Below are positions 18,386 through 28,259 of a stretch of 31,822 bases of DNA, piece after piece. Within the stretch, counting starts at the first letter, position 1. Every line of letters begins with the position of its first letter. The notes below the pieces were generated by a model that was not told the DNA's origin, made no database searches, and worked only from the letters and a program-made list of their open reading frames with translations. Location: NCBI GenBank assembly GCA_015711695.1, contig JACVIW010000001.1, forward strand, positions 1-31,822. Direction: 5' to 3'. Origin of the DNA: Candidatus Geohydrothermomicrobium daggyaiense (lineage in GTDB: Bacteria > Actinomycetota > Geothermincolia > Fen-727 > JACVIW01). A program made the position numbers and the translations under genes.

Positions 18386-19459
18386 ATGTTCGACAAACTC
18401 GAGGCGCTCAAGAAAAGACTTGAAGAGATAGACGGCATCCTTGCTGATCCCGACACGCTCGCTGATAGCAAGCAGTATGTGCGGCTGGTGAAAGAGAGGG
18501 CTTCGATCGAGGAAATTGTTTTTCTCTACGATCATTTCAGGACGTTATCAGATCAACTAACAGATGCGGAGCAAATGCTTAACTCCGAGAACGACCCCGA
18601 GATGGTCGAATTCTTGCGGGATGAGGTGCGCCGGCTCAAAGAGGAAATCGAAAATACATCCCGGAAAATGAGAATAATGTTGATACCCAAGGATGAGGAT
18701 GCGGGCAAGGATATCATCGTTGAGATAAGAGCGGGCGCGGGCGGCGACGAAGCGGCTCTTTTCGCTGCGGATTTATTCAGGATGTATACAAGATACGCGG
18801 AAAGAAAAGGCTGGAATGTTGAGCAGATGTCATCTTCCCCTTCTGACATGGGTGGTTATAAAGAGGTTATTTTCTCCATAAAGGGTGACGATGTCCACTC
18901 GAGGATGAAATTCGAATCCGGTGTTCACAGGGTGCAGAGAATTCCGGTGACAGAATCGTGAGGCAGGATTCACACATCAACAGCCACGGTCGCTATTCTG
19001 CCAGAGCCCGAAGAGGTGGATGTGGAAATTGACCCTGCCGATTTGAAAATAGATGTGTTCCGCTCCACCGGCCCGGGTGGTCAGTCTGTCAATACGACTG
19101 ATTCAGCAGTAAGGGTCACGCACAAGCCGAGCGGTATTGTCGTCACGTGCCAGGATGAGAAGTCCCAATTCCAGAACAAGGAAAAGGCTCTTCGTATTCT
19201 CAGAGCGAGGTTGCTCGATGAAGAGCGCAAAAGACGCGCCAATGAAGAAGCACAGAAAAGAAAGAGCCAGGTAGGAAGCGGTGAGAGAAGCGAGAAAATA
19301 CGGACCTATAACTTTCCGCAAGGGCGTGTGACCGATCACCGGGTCGGACTTTCTCTGTATAAACTTGACTCAATAATCGACGGCGATCTTGACGAATTGA
19401 TCGATGTGCTTATTGAGGATGAAAGAGTAAGAGCGCTCAGGGAGATGGCGGAATCATGA
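18386..19459 (+). CDS. prfA: peptide chain release factor 1, interrupted by one in-frame TGA (codon 192, 18959-18961)
   Basis: The two track ORFs (18386-18961, 19016-19459) are in the same frame. Joined, they read ...[25 protein letters not shown]...[10 protein letters not shown]...[20 protein letters not shown]: 357 codons with the RF1 PxT motif and GGQ. Confidence 0.95.
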
Positions 19460-20313
19460 AATATTGGGAGTGTTTGAAAGCTGCTACTTCATATCTTGAA
19501 GAAAACGGGATAACATCAGCGAGGGTGAACGCAGAAGTCATACTCGAGGATACACTGCGCCTTTCCCGTAGCGAGATTTACGCTCGATACGGTGAGGATA
19601 TTTCGCCAGAGATGGCAGAGAAGTACTTTGACAGAGTGCAGCTCAGGGGCAGAAGATTTCCCTTGCAGTATATAACCTGCACCACTTCATTTTTCGGTTT
19701 GAACCTGGAAGTTACCCCTGGTGTTTTCATACCGCGTCCCGAGACCGAGACTCTGGTTGAAAAGGCTCTTGAGATACTTCCGCTCATTGACGCAGGGCAG
19801 GTGAGAGTTCTTGATATCGGGACAGGTAGCGGGAATATAGCCGTTGCGATCGCTTCGCTATGGAAAGATGCTCACGTTACCGCGGTGGACATAAGTCCGC
19901 TCGCCCTGAAAATCGCAAAAAAGAACCTGGAAAACCACGGGATCTTGAATCGCGCCAAAGTTGTATTAAGCGATTTATTCTGCGCCCTGGATTCAACAGT
20001 TGACCGTTTTGACATGATAGTTTCAAACCCGCCATATATTGCTGAGCCTTTGATTGGCAGTCTCGATCCCGAGGTGAGGTTTTTTGAGCCGGCGCAAGCA
20101 ATAAACGGTGGACATGATGGTCTTTTTGTCACAAAAAAAATTATTGATCGCGCCCCGGATTTCTTAAATGATGGAGGATTTCTTCTGCTCGAGACCGATC
20201 CCGGACATATCGAAGCTCTTTCATCCTTTATTTCTGACCCCTGGGGGGATGTTGAATTCTTCGAAGATCTCAGCGGAAGGACAAGGGTTATGGTCGCGAG
20301 GAAATCCCGCTGA
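19456..20313 (+). CDS. prmC: release factor glutamine methyltransferase
   Basis: [25 protein letters not shown]; ATGA overlap with the prfA stop. Confidence 0.96.
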   Translation: MKYWECLKAATSYLEENGITSARVNAEVILEDTLRLSRSEIYARYGEDISPEMAEKYFDRVQLRGRRFPLQYITCTTSFFGLNLEVTPGVFIPRPETETLVEKALEILPLIDAGQVRVLDIGTGSGNIAVAIASLWKDAHVTAVDISPLALKIAKKNLENHGILNRAKVVLSDLFCALDSTVDRFDMIVSNPPYIAEPLIGSLDPEVRFFEPAQAINGGHDGLFVTKKIIDRAPDFLNDGGFLLLETDPGHIEALSSFISDPWGDVEFFEDLSGRTRVMVARKSR

Positions 20314-20334
20314 TTGCTGTAGTAGGGAGTTTTC

Positions 20335-20970
20335 ATGAGGCTCGAGATAGTTGCCGAAAACGGAAAAATTCCTAACGATAAAATCATTGAAGCCGCAGAT
20401 ATTTTGAAATCGGGTGGCATAGGCATTATCCCGACAGATACCGTTTACGGCATAGTCGCTCTTGCCACGAACCCGGATCCACTAAAAAGAGTTTACGAAT
20501 TGAAGATGCGTTCTTTTTCCAAGCCGTTTCCCGTTCAGGTTTCAAGTGTGGAGCATGCCTCTGAGATCGCCGTGATCGAGGGGGAAATCTGCACCAGATT
20601 GATCGAACGTTTCTGGCCAGGCGCGCTCACCATAGTCATGTTCAGAAAACCAAAAACCAAACTGGTATTCCAGCCTGAAGACAGGATAGGCTTGAGAATG
20701 CCGGATTACCCGCTCGCCCTTGAGTTAATAAGGAATTCAGGATTCTTAATAGCACCGAGCGCGAATTTCTCCGGAGAGCCAGCGCCAAAAGAACCAGATG
20801 AAATTGATCCACGGCTCGTTCGACTTGTTGATTTTGTCATTTATGCTGGCAGCTGCCCAGTGGGTATTGAGTCCACGGTTGTTGATGTGACACGTGGCAT
20901 CAAGATATTGCGAGAAGGCGCAATTAAAAAGGAAGTGATAATGAGCGCGCTTGAAAATGCCCGGAAGTAG
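20335..20970 (+). CDS. tsaC: L-threonylcarbamoyladenylate synthase (TsaC/Sua5 short form)
   Basis: PTDTVYG, K.R...KP, FWPGALT, GLRMP, APSANFSG, ESTVVD, ILREGAI; no Sua5 C-terminal domain. Confidence 0.93.
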   Translation: MRLEIVAENGKIPNDKIIEAADILKSGGIGIIPTDTVYGIVALATNPDPLKRVYELKMRSFSKPFPVQVSSVEHASEIAVIEGEICTRLIERFWPGALTIVMFRKPKTKLVFQPEDRIGLRMPDYPLALELIRNSGFLIAPSANFSGEPAPKEPDEIDPRLVRLVDFVIYAGSCPVGIESTVVDVTRGIKILREGAIKKEVIMSALENARK

Positions 20971-21103
20971 CAGGCAAGACTTCCAGTGTTTAAGAGTATC
21001 CTTTTATTCTCGTTTTGGCCGAATGATTGTTCGCTCCTTTTCGGAACCCGATTATCTACATCACACCGTATGTTAGAATCTTTGCATTCGAGCATGGAGG
21101 TCA

Positions 21104-21595
21104 TTGATGGTACAGTCAGACCATAACGTCACCATTGCGCTTGGTTGCGACCATGCGGGTTTCCAGCTCAAGCAAGAGATCGCCAGATTCTTGCTGAATC
21201 AGGGATATCAGGTGATAGACCGGGGCACTCTTTCTGATAAGCCATGCGATTACCCTGATTTCGCTGAGCCTGTAGCGCGAGACGTAAGTTCTGGCAATGC
21301 GCGCTTCGGTGTCCTTATTTGCGGCACCGGTATCGGAATGTCCATAGTCGCGAATAAGTTCCCGGGAGTAAGGGCTGCTCTCTGCTCAAATGAGTTCAGC
21401 GCGAGATATGCGCGTATGCACAATGATGCAAATGTTCTTGCTCTCGGGGGCAGGGTTGTGGGTGTGGATCTGGCATTGTCCATTCTCCGGGTTTTTCTTG
21501 AGACAGGTTTCGCCGGGGAGAAACGCGGCGAAAAGAGACACGTGAGGCGTCTTGGCAAAATATCAAAAATTGAACGTGAGCTTAAAAAAAAATAG
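21104..21595 (+). CDS. rpiB: ribose-5-phosphate isomerase B
   Basis: GCDHAG, DYPD, CGTGIGMSI.ANK..GVRAA, HNDANVL, RH.RR. Confidence 0.96.
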   Translation: MMVQSDHNVTIALGCDHAGFQLKQEIARFLLNQGYQVIDRGTLSDKPCDYPDFAEPVARDVSSGNARFGVLICGTGIGMSIVANKFPGVRAALCSNEFSARYARMHNDANVLALGGRVVGVDLALSILRVFLETGFAGEKRGEKRHVRRLGKISKIERELKKK

Positions 21596-21690
21596 CGGTT
21601 ATGACTGGCCTGGCACTGGTGAATTCCAGGATTCAGATATTGTTCAATGTCTCCAATAGGCCATAAAATATGCAATGATTCCAATCGGGG

Positions 21691-22956
21691 GTGCAAATGA
21701 AAGGGTATCTTGAATTCTTAAAACGCTCCGACCCGGAGATATACGAAGCACTAATAGGTGAGCTTAATAGGGAACAGGCAAAGATCAATCTTATCGCAAG
21801 CGAGAACTACGCACCGCCTGTGATCTTGAAGATAACGGGATCTCTGCTAACCAATAAGTACGCGGAGGGTTATCCCGGGAAGCGCTACTACTCTGGCTGT
21901 GAATTTGCTGACCGGGTGGAGGAACTTGCCAGGAATAGAGCAATGGGTCTTTTCGGGAGCGAACACGCAAATGTTCAGCCACATTCCGGTACTCAAGCAA
22001 ACATGTCAGTTTATTTTTCATTGCTAAAGCCGGGTGACACGATAATGACGATGGATTTATCTTCTGGAGGCCATCTTTCGCACGGGGCGAAATCTAACTT
22101 TTCCGGCAAGCTTTACAGGGTTGTTCACTATGGCGTGAACAGAGAAACGGAAGTGCTTGACTACGACGAGATAAGAGCGATTGCCGAAGCGGAAAGACCG
22201 AAACTCATTGTTGCCGGAGGCAGTTCATACTCCAGGTTGATAGATTTTGAGAAATTCCGTCAGATTGCGGATGCTGTTCAAGCGGTTTTGATGGTGGACA
22301 TGGCACATTTTAGCGGGTTGGTAGCGGGAGAAGCCCATCCGAGTCCGATTCCTTTCGCGGATGTGGTGACAAGCACAACACACAAAACGCTGAGGGGTCC
22401 ACGGGGCGGGTTTATTCTCGCGCGGGCAGAACATGGCGAAAAAATTGACGCCTCTGTCTTCCCGGGGGTCCAGGGTGGGCCTTTGATGAATGTTATAGCG
22501 GCTAAGGCTGTTTGTTTTAAGGAAGCTACCAAGCCGAAATTCAAAAGATACGCTCAAGAGGTGGTTCTAAACGCAAGGGTTCTCGCGGACAAGCTGGCTT
22601 CAAACGGGCTAAGGATTGTCTCGGGGGGTACTGATACTCACTTATTTGTTGTTGACTTAAGACCCATGGGCATTACCGGAAAAGAAGCGCAGGAAATACT
22701 TGATTCCGTTGACATAAACGTGAATATGAATGAGATACCTTACGATCCTGCACCACCTAATATCACAAACGGCATAAGGATTGGCACACCCGCGGTAACA
22801 ACCAGGGGTATGCACCCCGAACACATGGATTTCCTTGGGGATTTGATTACTACAGCTCTTGAAAAAAGACACGATGCTATGGCTCTTGCGAAAGTGCGGT
22901 CAGAAGTTCAGGGCCTGGCAAGGAGTTTTCCTATATACCATGAAGTTTCTCCATGA
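21691..22956 (+). CDS. glyA: serine hydroxymethyltransferase
   Basis: [45 protein letters not shown] (PLP lysine), [14 protein letters not shown]. Confidence 0.98.
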   Translation: MQMKGYLEFLKRSDPEIYEALIGELNREQAKINLIASENYAPPVILKITGSLLTNKYAEGYPGKRYYSGCEFADRVEELARNRAMGLFGSEHANVQPHSGTQANMSVYFSLLKPGDTIMTMDLSSGGHLSHGAKSNFSGKLYRVVHYGVNRETEVLDYDEIRAIAEAERPKLIVAGGSSYSRLIDFEKFRQIADAVQAVLMVDMAHFSGLVAGEAHPSPIPFADVVTSTTHKTLRGPRGGFILARAEHGEKIDASVFPGVQGGPLMNVIAAKAVCFKEATKPKFKRYAQEVVLNARVLADKLASNGLRIVSGGTDTHLFVVDLRPMGITGKEAQEILDSVDINVNMNEIPYDPAPPNITNGIRIGTPAVTTRGMHPEHMDFLGDLITTALEKRHDAMALAKVRSEVQGLARSFPIYHEVSP

Positions 22957-23073
22957 CATTAAGCATGATAGTCTTGTCTTTTCGTGTGTTACACTATTCC
23001 AAAATCAGGCACCAACAATTCGTGCTTGCATATGAAGCTTAAATTGGTTTTGTTTCTGCTTCATAAATAAGCT

Positions 23074-23892
23074 ATGGAGGCTTCAATGGGAGCTAAGAGT
23101 GATATCATCGAACAGGCCGCGCGAATGATTGACGCGGCAGGGAAAATAGTTGCTCTAACAGGCGCTGGAATTTCAGTTGAGTCCGGTATTCCTGATTTCA
23201 GATCTCCGGGCGGTTTGTGGACAAGGTACGATCCGGTCGTTTACGCCACATTCGAATCCTTTATCAACGACCCTTCGAAGTTCTGGGAGATGGCTGCCGA
23301 TTTACACCCTTTGCTCGAGAACGCTGAGCCGAATCCTGCTCACATGGCTCTTGCTGAACTTGAAAAACTTGGCAAATGCGAAGCTGTGATAACCCAGAAC
23401 ATCGACAACCTTCACCAGAGGGCTGGAAGCGGCCAGGTGCTTGAGCTTCATGGAACTTTCCGGACGGGCACTTGTCTCGGTTGCCGCAAACAACACACAT
23501 ATGAGCAGATTAAAGAGTCGGCATTCCGTGGAGAAATACCCAGGTGTGTGATCTGTGGCGGCGTGGTGAAACCGGATGTGGTTCTTTTTGGTGAGCCGCT
23601 GAATGCATCAGTGTTGCAGAGGTCTAATGAGCTGGCAAGTCAATGTGATCTTATGCTTGTTATCGGATGCGGGCTTGAAGTCTATCCTGCGGCTTCTTTG
23701 CCCTCTTATGCAAAAAGAGGGGGAGCCCGTATCATCTTCGTTAACATCGCAAGCACTCCTTATGACCCCATAGCGGACCTTATACTTTTGGGAAAAGCGG
23801 GGGAGGTAATGCCTGCGGTTGTTGAGGCTTATAAAAGGATAGCCGAAAAGGAAGTGAAACGATTTGGGCGCTGGAAATCGAAGGATAATTGA
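23074..23892 (+). CDS. cobB: NAD-dependent protein deacylase (sirtuin)
   Basis: GAGIS.ESGIPDFR, TQNIDNLH, HG, Zn pairs CLGC/CVIC, KPDVVLFGE. Confidence 0.94.
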   Translation: MEASMGAKSDIIEQAARMIDAAGKIVALTGAGISVESGIPDFRSPGGLWTRYDPVVYATFESFINDPSKFWEMAADLHPLLENAEPNPAHMALAELEKLGKCEAVITQNIDNLHQRAGSGQVLELHGTFRTGTCLGCRKQHTYEQIKESAFRGEIPRCVICGGVVKPDVVLFGEPLNASVLQRSNELASQCDLMLVIGCGLEVYPAASLPSYAKRGGARIIFVNIASTPYDPIADLILLGKAGEVMPAVVEAYKRIAEKEVKRFGRWKSKDN

Positions 23893-23893
23893 T

Positions 23894-26680
23894 TTGGAGG
23901 AATGGTCTAGAAAATTTAGTGATTCCGATATGTCCGGTTTCGGGGCGAGGTTTAAAAAAGGTCTCACGAAGCCAAAGATAGTCATTCTCGTAATAGTCGC
24001 GCTCATTATTATTTTTTTCCTTATAATAGCACCGTTTGCTGATTTTTATACGGACGCGCTCTGGTATAACCAGCTGGGTTTCCAGAACCTTTTCTGGAAA
24101 ACTCTCATCGCGAAAATACTTTCGGTGATTTTTTTCGGCGCGATATTCTTCGCGATAATTTTCACCAACATTCAGATCGCGAGAAAACTTTCACCCGAAC
24201 AGAGGATTGATCTTGAAGGTTCTCCCCTCGAGGGCATTGTAAAGCTGATTCAGGAGACCTGGACAAAGCTCGTCAGAGTCATTGTTGTTGTCTTCTGCGT
24301 TTTCACCGCTTTTATCTCAGGCTTCGGATGGGGGGCCAATTGGGAACTGGTACTAAAATTTTTAAATCACTCCTCTTTCGGTAAAGTAGACCCGATATTC
24401 CAGAAGGACGCCGGTTTCTACATGTTTACTTTTCCGTTTCTCAAGGTCTTTGCTTCATGGTTGCTGGGCTCCTTGATTTTCGTATTTATCATCACGAGCC
24501 TCATATATCTTCTTGTGGGCGGGATACGATTCAGGCGTGGTGGGGAAATGTTTGCTCCAAAGGTGAAGGGACATCTTTCGATACTCCTTGCTGTGATATT
24601 TCTCGTTAAAGCGTTTATGTACAGACTGAACATGTATGAGTTGCTTTTTAACAAGGAAGGGGCAGTCTACGGTATCGGGTACACCGATCTCAAAGTGCGG
24701 ATTCCAGCTCTCTGGATATTGTTTGTGCTTTCCATCGTAGCGGCCGTTGTGCTCATCGCCAATGTACGTTACCGGGGATGGATTCTTCCTTTGATAGCCA
24801 TCAGCTCGCTTGTGATAGTCACAATTATCGCAGGTTCGCTTGTTCCCCTTATTATGCAGAACTACAGGGTAAAACCTAACGAGAGGGGACTTGAAGCTCC
24901 ATATCTAAAGCACAACATAGATTTCACCCGCATCGCATACGATATCCATAAGGTCAAGACAAAACCGTATCCTGCTGATGAAAAACTCAACATGGAGTTG
25001 ATAAATAAGAATCGTCTGACAATAGATAACGTGCGGCTTTGGGATGCCCGTCCCATGCTTGACCTCTATCAACAGCTGCAGGCTATAAGACAGTATTACG
25101 GGTTTACTGATGTGGACGTTGACAGGTATGTGATTGATGGTGTTTACAGACAGGTCATGATAGCTGCCCGGGAGATGATTCAGGGCAACCTCCCCGCTAC
25201 CGCCAAAACATGGATAAATCAGGTTCTTGTTTATACTCATGGCTATGGTGTAGCGGTCGCTCCCAGCAACGACGTCACAGAAGAGGGTAATCCTCGCATA
25301 ATCCTCAGGGATATACCTCCGCGCAGTGAGACGGATCTTAAATTAAGCAAACCTGGAATATATTTTGGAGAGCAGACATCCGGTTATGTTGTTGTAGACA
25401 CCACCGAGGACGAGTTCGACTACCCTCTGGAAAACAAACAGGTTTACACGAAATACGAAGAGAGGGGAGGGGTATACGTCAAGAACCTGTGGAGGAGGAT
25501 TCTTTTCGCAATTAGATTTTTTGACCCTAATATGCTTTTCAGCGGACAGATCAGGCCGAGTTCACAGGTTCTGTACTTCAGAGATGTGCGTGAAAGGGTC
25601 TCAAGGTGCGCTCCTTTTTTGAAATTGGATAGGGATCCATACATTGTCATAAACGATGATGGGAAATTGTACTGGATCCTGGATACGTACGCGACCAGCG
25701 ATTATTTCCCCTACAGTGAACATACAGAGGGCTTCGGCAACTACATAAGGAATTCGGTTAAAGCTGTTGTTGATGCTTATAATGGCAAAGTCTGGCTTTA
25801 CGTCATAGATGAGAAAGACCCGGTAATAAGAACCTATAGAAAGATCTTCCCCGGCATATTCACCCCTTTTGAGAAAATGCCTGAGAGCCTAAAACGGCAT
25901 TTGCGCTACCCGGAGGACTACTTCATTATCCAGGCAAACATGCTAAGGACTTACCACATGACAGACCCGCGCCAGTTTTACAATAAGGAAGATATGTGGG
26001 ATTTTCCAAAAGAGACTTACAATGAAAGCGCTCAAGAGATGGTCCCTTACTACTTGATAATGAAGCTTCCCGGGGAGAGTAGAGAGGAGATGGTTCTTCT
26101 TCTCCCATTTGTGCCGCATAAGAGGCAGAATATGATTTCCTGGTTCGCGGCGAGGATGGACGGTGAAAAATACGGCGAACTCATAAATTTCGCTTTTCCT
26201 CCTGGGAAGCTTATTTATGGTCCGGAACAGATCGAGGGGAGAATCGAGCAGGATCCCCTAATAAGTCAGCAATTATCCCTCTGGAGGCAGGAGGGATCAG
26301 AAGTCATAAGGGGAAACCTTCTTGTCATTCCTATTGAGGGATCTATTCTGTATGTGGAACCCCTGTACCTTCAGGCGGCACAAATAAAAATACCTCAGAT
26401 TAAACGTGTCATAGTTGCCTACGGGCAGCAGGTCGTGATGGAATCCACGCTGGAAAAAGCTCTCGAGAGGATATTTACGGGCGCGCCACCAAGCATGGTT
26501 GAAGAACAAAAACCAGTAACAGGTAACCTTAATGAGGTTTCCAGCAGGGCTCTTGAACTTTATGAGAAAGCCACAGAAGCGCAAAAAGCCGGAAACTGGG
26601 CACAATACGGTGAATATCTAAGAGAGCTCGGCGAAGTGCTTAAGAGCTTGGCAGAGCAGGTCAAGAAGGAATCACAGTAA
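23894..26680 (+). CDS. UPF0182 family membrane protein
   Basis: N-terminal TM helices, DP.F.KD.GFY.F.FPF, N.RLWD, YTHGYG, IYFGE, NYIRNSVK, PYY..M.LPG, GNLLVIP, YVEPLY. Start uncertain: TTG 23894 has AAGGA 8 nt upstream; alternatives are 23864 and 23930. Confidence 0.93.
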   Translation: MEEWSRKFSDSDMSGFGARFKKGLTKPKIVILVIVALIIIFFLIIAPFADFYTDALWYNQLGFQNLFWKTLIAKILSVIFFGAIFFAIIFTNIQIARKLSPEQRIDLEGSPLEGIVKLIQETWTKLVRVIVVVFCVFTAFISGFGWGANWELVLKFLNHSSFGKVDPIFQKDAGFYMFTFPFLKVFASWLLGSLIFVFIITSLIYLLVGGIRFRRGGEMFAPKVKGHLSILLAVIFLVKAFMYRLNMYELLFNKEGAVYGIGYTDLKVRIPALWILFVLSIVAAVVLIANVRYRGWILPLIAISSLVIVTIIAGSLVPLIMQNYRVKPNERGLEAPYLKHNIDFTRIAYDIHKVKTKPYPADEKLNMELINKNRLTIDNVRLWDARPMLDLYQQLQAIRQYYGFTDVDVDRYVIDGVYRQVMIAAREMIQGNLPATAKTWINQVLVYTHGYGVAVAPSNDVTEEGNPRIILRDIPPRSETDLKLSKPGIYFGEQTSGYVVVDTTEDEFDYPLENKQVYTKYEERGGVYVKNLWRRILFAIRFFDPNMLFSGQIRPSSQVLYFRDVRERVSRCAPFLKLDRDPYIVINDDGKLYWILDTYATSDYFPYSEHTEGFGNYIRNSVKAVVDAYNGKVWLYVIDEKDPVIRTYRKIFPGIFTPFEKMPESLKRHLRYPEDYFIIQANMLRTYHMTDPRQFYNKEDMWDFPKETYNESAQEMVPYYLIMKLPGESREEMVLLLPFVPHKRQNMISWFAARMDGEKYGELINFAFPPGKLIYGPEQIEGRIEQDPLISQQLSLWRQEGSEVIRGNLLVIPIEGSILYVEPLYLQAAQIKIPQIKRVIVAYGQQVVMESTLEKALERIFTGAPPSMVEEQKPVTGNLNEVSSRALELYEKATEAQKAGNWAQYGEYLRELGEVLKSLAEQVKKESQ

Positions 26681-26714
26681 AGGCGTACAGGATATTTTCC
26701 AGAGAGTTTTTCTT

Positions 26715-27092
26715 TTAAAACAGACCGATTCGCCTGGCGAAAGCAAAATACCCTTTTGCTATTATAGCGGGAATGCTTGCGTTTACGCGGTAACTGAAGA
26801 CATAGGAATCGTCATCGCATTTGGTGCACTTCTTAACACGTGATATGAGGTCATCAATATCTCTTGAGGAGCAAATGAACTCGAGTGCGGATTTGTTCAG
26901 TTTCACTGAAATGTCAGCAGGGTATTCTCCATTCTCGAAGGCTATATCACCATCCTTTTTGACTACCGTGAATGAATGCCTACCAACACTCACGTTGAGC
27001 GAAGCACCATCCTTCAAATTTTTTACGATCTCCGAGCCGGGATATCTATGGAAGAAATCCTGAAGCGTGCTTTTTATTGAAGATTTCTTCAT
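26715..27092 (-). CDS. hypothetical protein, possibly SCP2 (sterol-carrier)-like fold
   Basis: About 125 aa from ATG 27092 (the track starts at 27137). The segment HSFTVVKKDGDIAFENGEYPADISVKL resembles the SCP2 beta-sheet pattern. Confidence 0.5.
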   Translation of the reverse strand: MKKSSIKSTLQDFFHRYPGSEIVKNLKDGASLNVSVGRHSFTVVKKDGDIAFENGEYPADISVKLNKSALEFICSSRDIDDLISRVKKCTKCDDDSYVFSYRVNASIPAIIAKGYFAFARRIGLF

Positions 27093-27223
27093 GACTCTAT
27101 CGGTAAACCTCCATGGCATAAAGATTGTTGTCAACAAATAACTGTAAGAACTTCTATTCGCGGTCTAGCATTGTATTTTACTGTAGTATTATTAAAATTT
27201 CTTTGAGAAATTGATACTTACCT

Positions 27224-28120
27224 TCATAGTCGGACCGGTTCTATTTCAAGGTTGTTTCCCCTGACCTTCACGAGGATGTAGTGGTGATAGCCACCATTTC
27301 TCTCGGATGCGTGAAGTGGCGCTCCGGCTCCACCGGTTATGGTAATTTTGAGGTTGTTTTGCTCATACCGCCTGAATGCGTGGAAATGTCCGCAAAAAAG
27401 CTCTTTCACGCCGTTTTTCACTAGCACTGGCACAATTTCCTCGTTGCTTGCCACTGCGGACCTTTCGTCTTCTCCGGTCAAAAGCGAATAAGGGTAACCT
27501 GGCGGAACATGGCACACCGCGATATGGTGGTCGTAACGCATCTTTCTAACGCTTAAAAGGTCTTCTTCAACCCGGCTTCTCTCCTCTCGTGAAAAGCCTT
27601 TCTTCGGTGAACTGTTGTCTATTAACACGAAAAAACAATTTTTATGCGAAAAAGACTGCGAAGGCTTACCCACGTATCTTGCGAAAAGGGATTCGGCTGG
27701 CGCCTTTGAAACGTCGTGGTTACCGGGAACCGCATAGAACTTTACCCCGCCCTTTTTCATAAATGATGAAAACGTGGCGAATTCCTGTTCCGTTCCACTT
27801 CCAGTTAAATCTCCGGCTATGATCATGAAATCAACAGATTTGGCGGCCTCGACAATTTTTGAGAAAACCTCATAATTGTTTTGCGGGTCACCGCACACAA
27901 TAAAGCTCCAGGGTCTTGTATCTTCGGCGCTGCTCCGGGTGTCAATGTTTTCGGTCTCGGTTACTGCGGTTTGGGTTCTTCTACCTGTTGCGCATCCTGA
28001 AAAAATCGCGGCTGATAATAGTAGAAACAGAACCAGAAATAAAACACAGAGGATGTATACCCTTGCGATATTTTTTTTACCTAAACAAAAACTTCCATCG
28101 TGCATCTTTTGCCTGATCAA
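27224..28120 (-). CDS. exported (probably lipoprotein) calcineurin-like metallophosphoesterase
   Basis: Hydrophobic N-terminus ending AAIFSGC (lipobox-like); motifs CGDPQ, AGDLT, PGNHD, CHVP, GHFH, ITGGAG. Start uncertain. Confidence 0.85.
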   Translation of the reverse strand: MIRQKMHDGSFCLGKKNIARVYILCVLFLVLFLLLSAAIFSGCATGRRTQTAVTETENIDTRSSAEDTRPWSFIVCGDPQNNYEVFSKIVEAAKSVDFMIIAGDLTGSGTEQEFATFSSFMKKGGVKFYAVPGNHDVSKAPAESLFARYVGKPSQSFSHKNCFFVLIDNSSPKKGFSREERSRVEEDLLSVRKMRYDHHIAVCHVPPGYPYSLLTGEDERSAVASNEEIVPVLVKNGVKELFCGHFHAFRRYEQNNLKITITGGAGAPLHASERNGGYHHYILVKVRGNNLEIEPVRL

Positions 28121-28259
28121 AACAGCGATTATTTATCATAATCGCTTAACGTTAATTAAAAATCGACGATAAATACCGTTCCGCACCCAATGAATGACAG
28201 CGCCTTTTGACAATATGAGCTTCCAGGGAAATACATCTCCCGAGCCCAAGAGGGGATTA

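Noticed and set aside
19016-19459. Independent ArfB/PrfH-like GGQ protein
   Set aside because: It is the in-frame C-terminal half of RF1, preceded by conserved RF1 codons and lacking a convincing SD.
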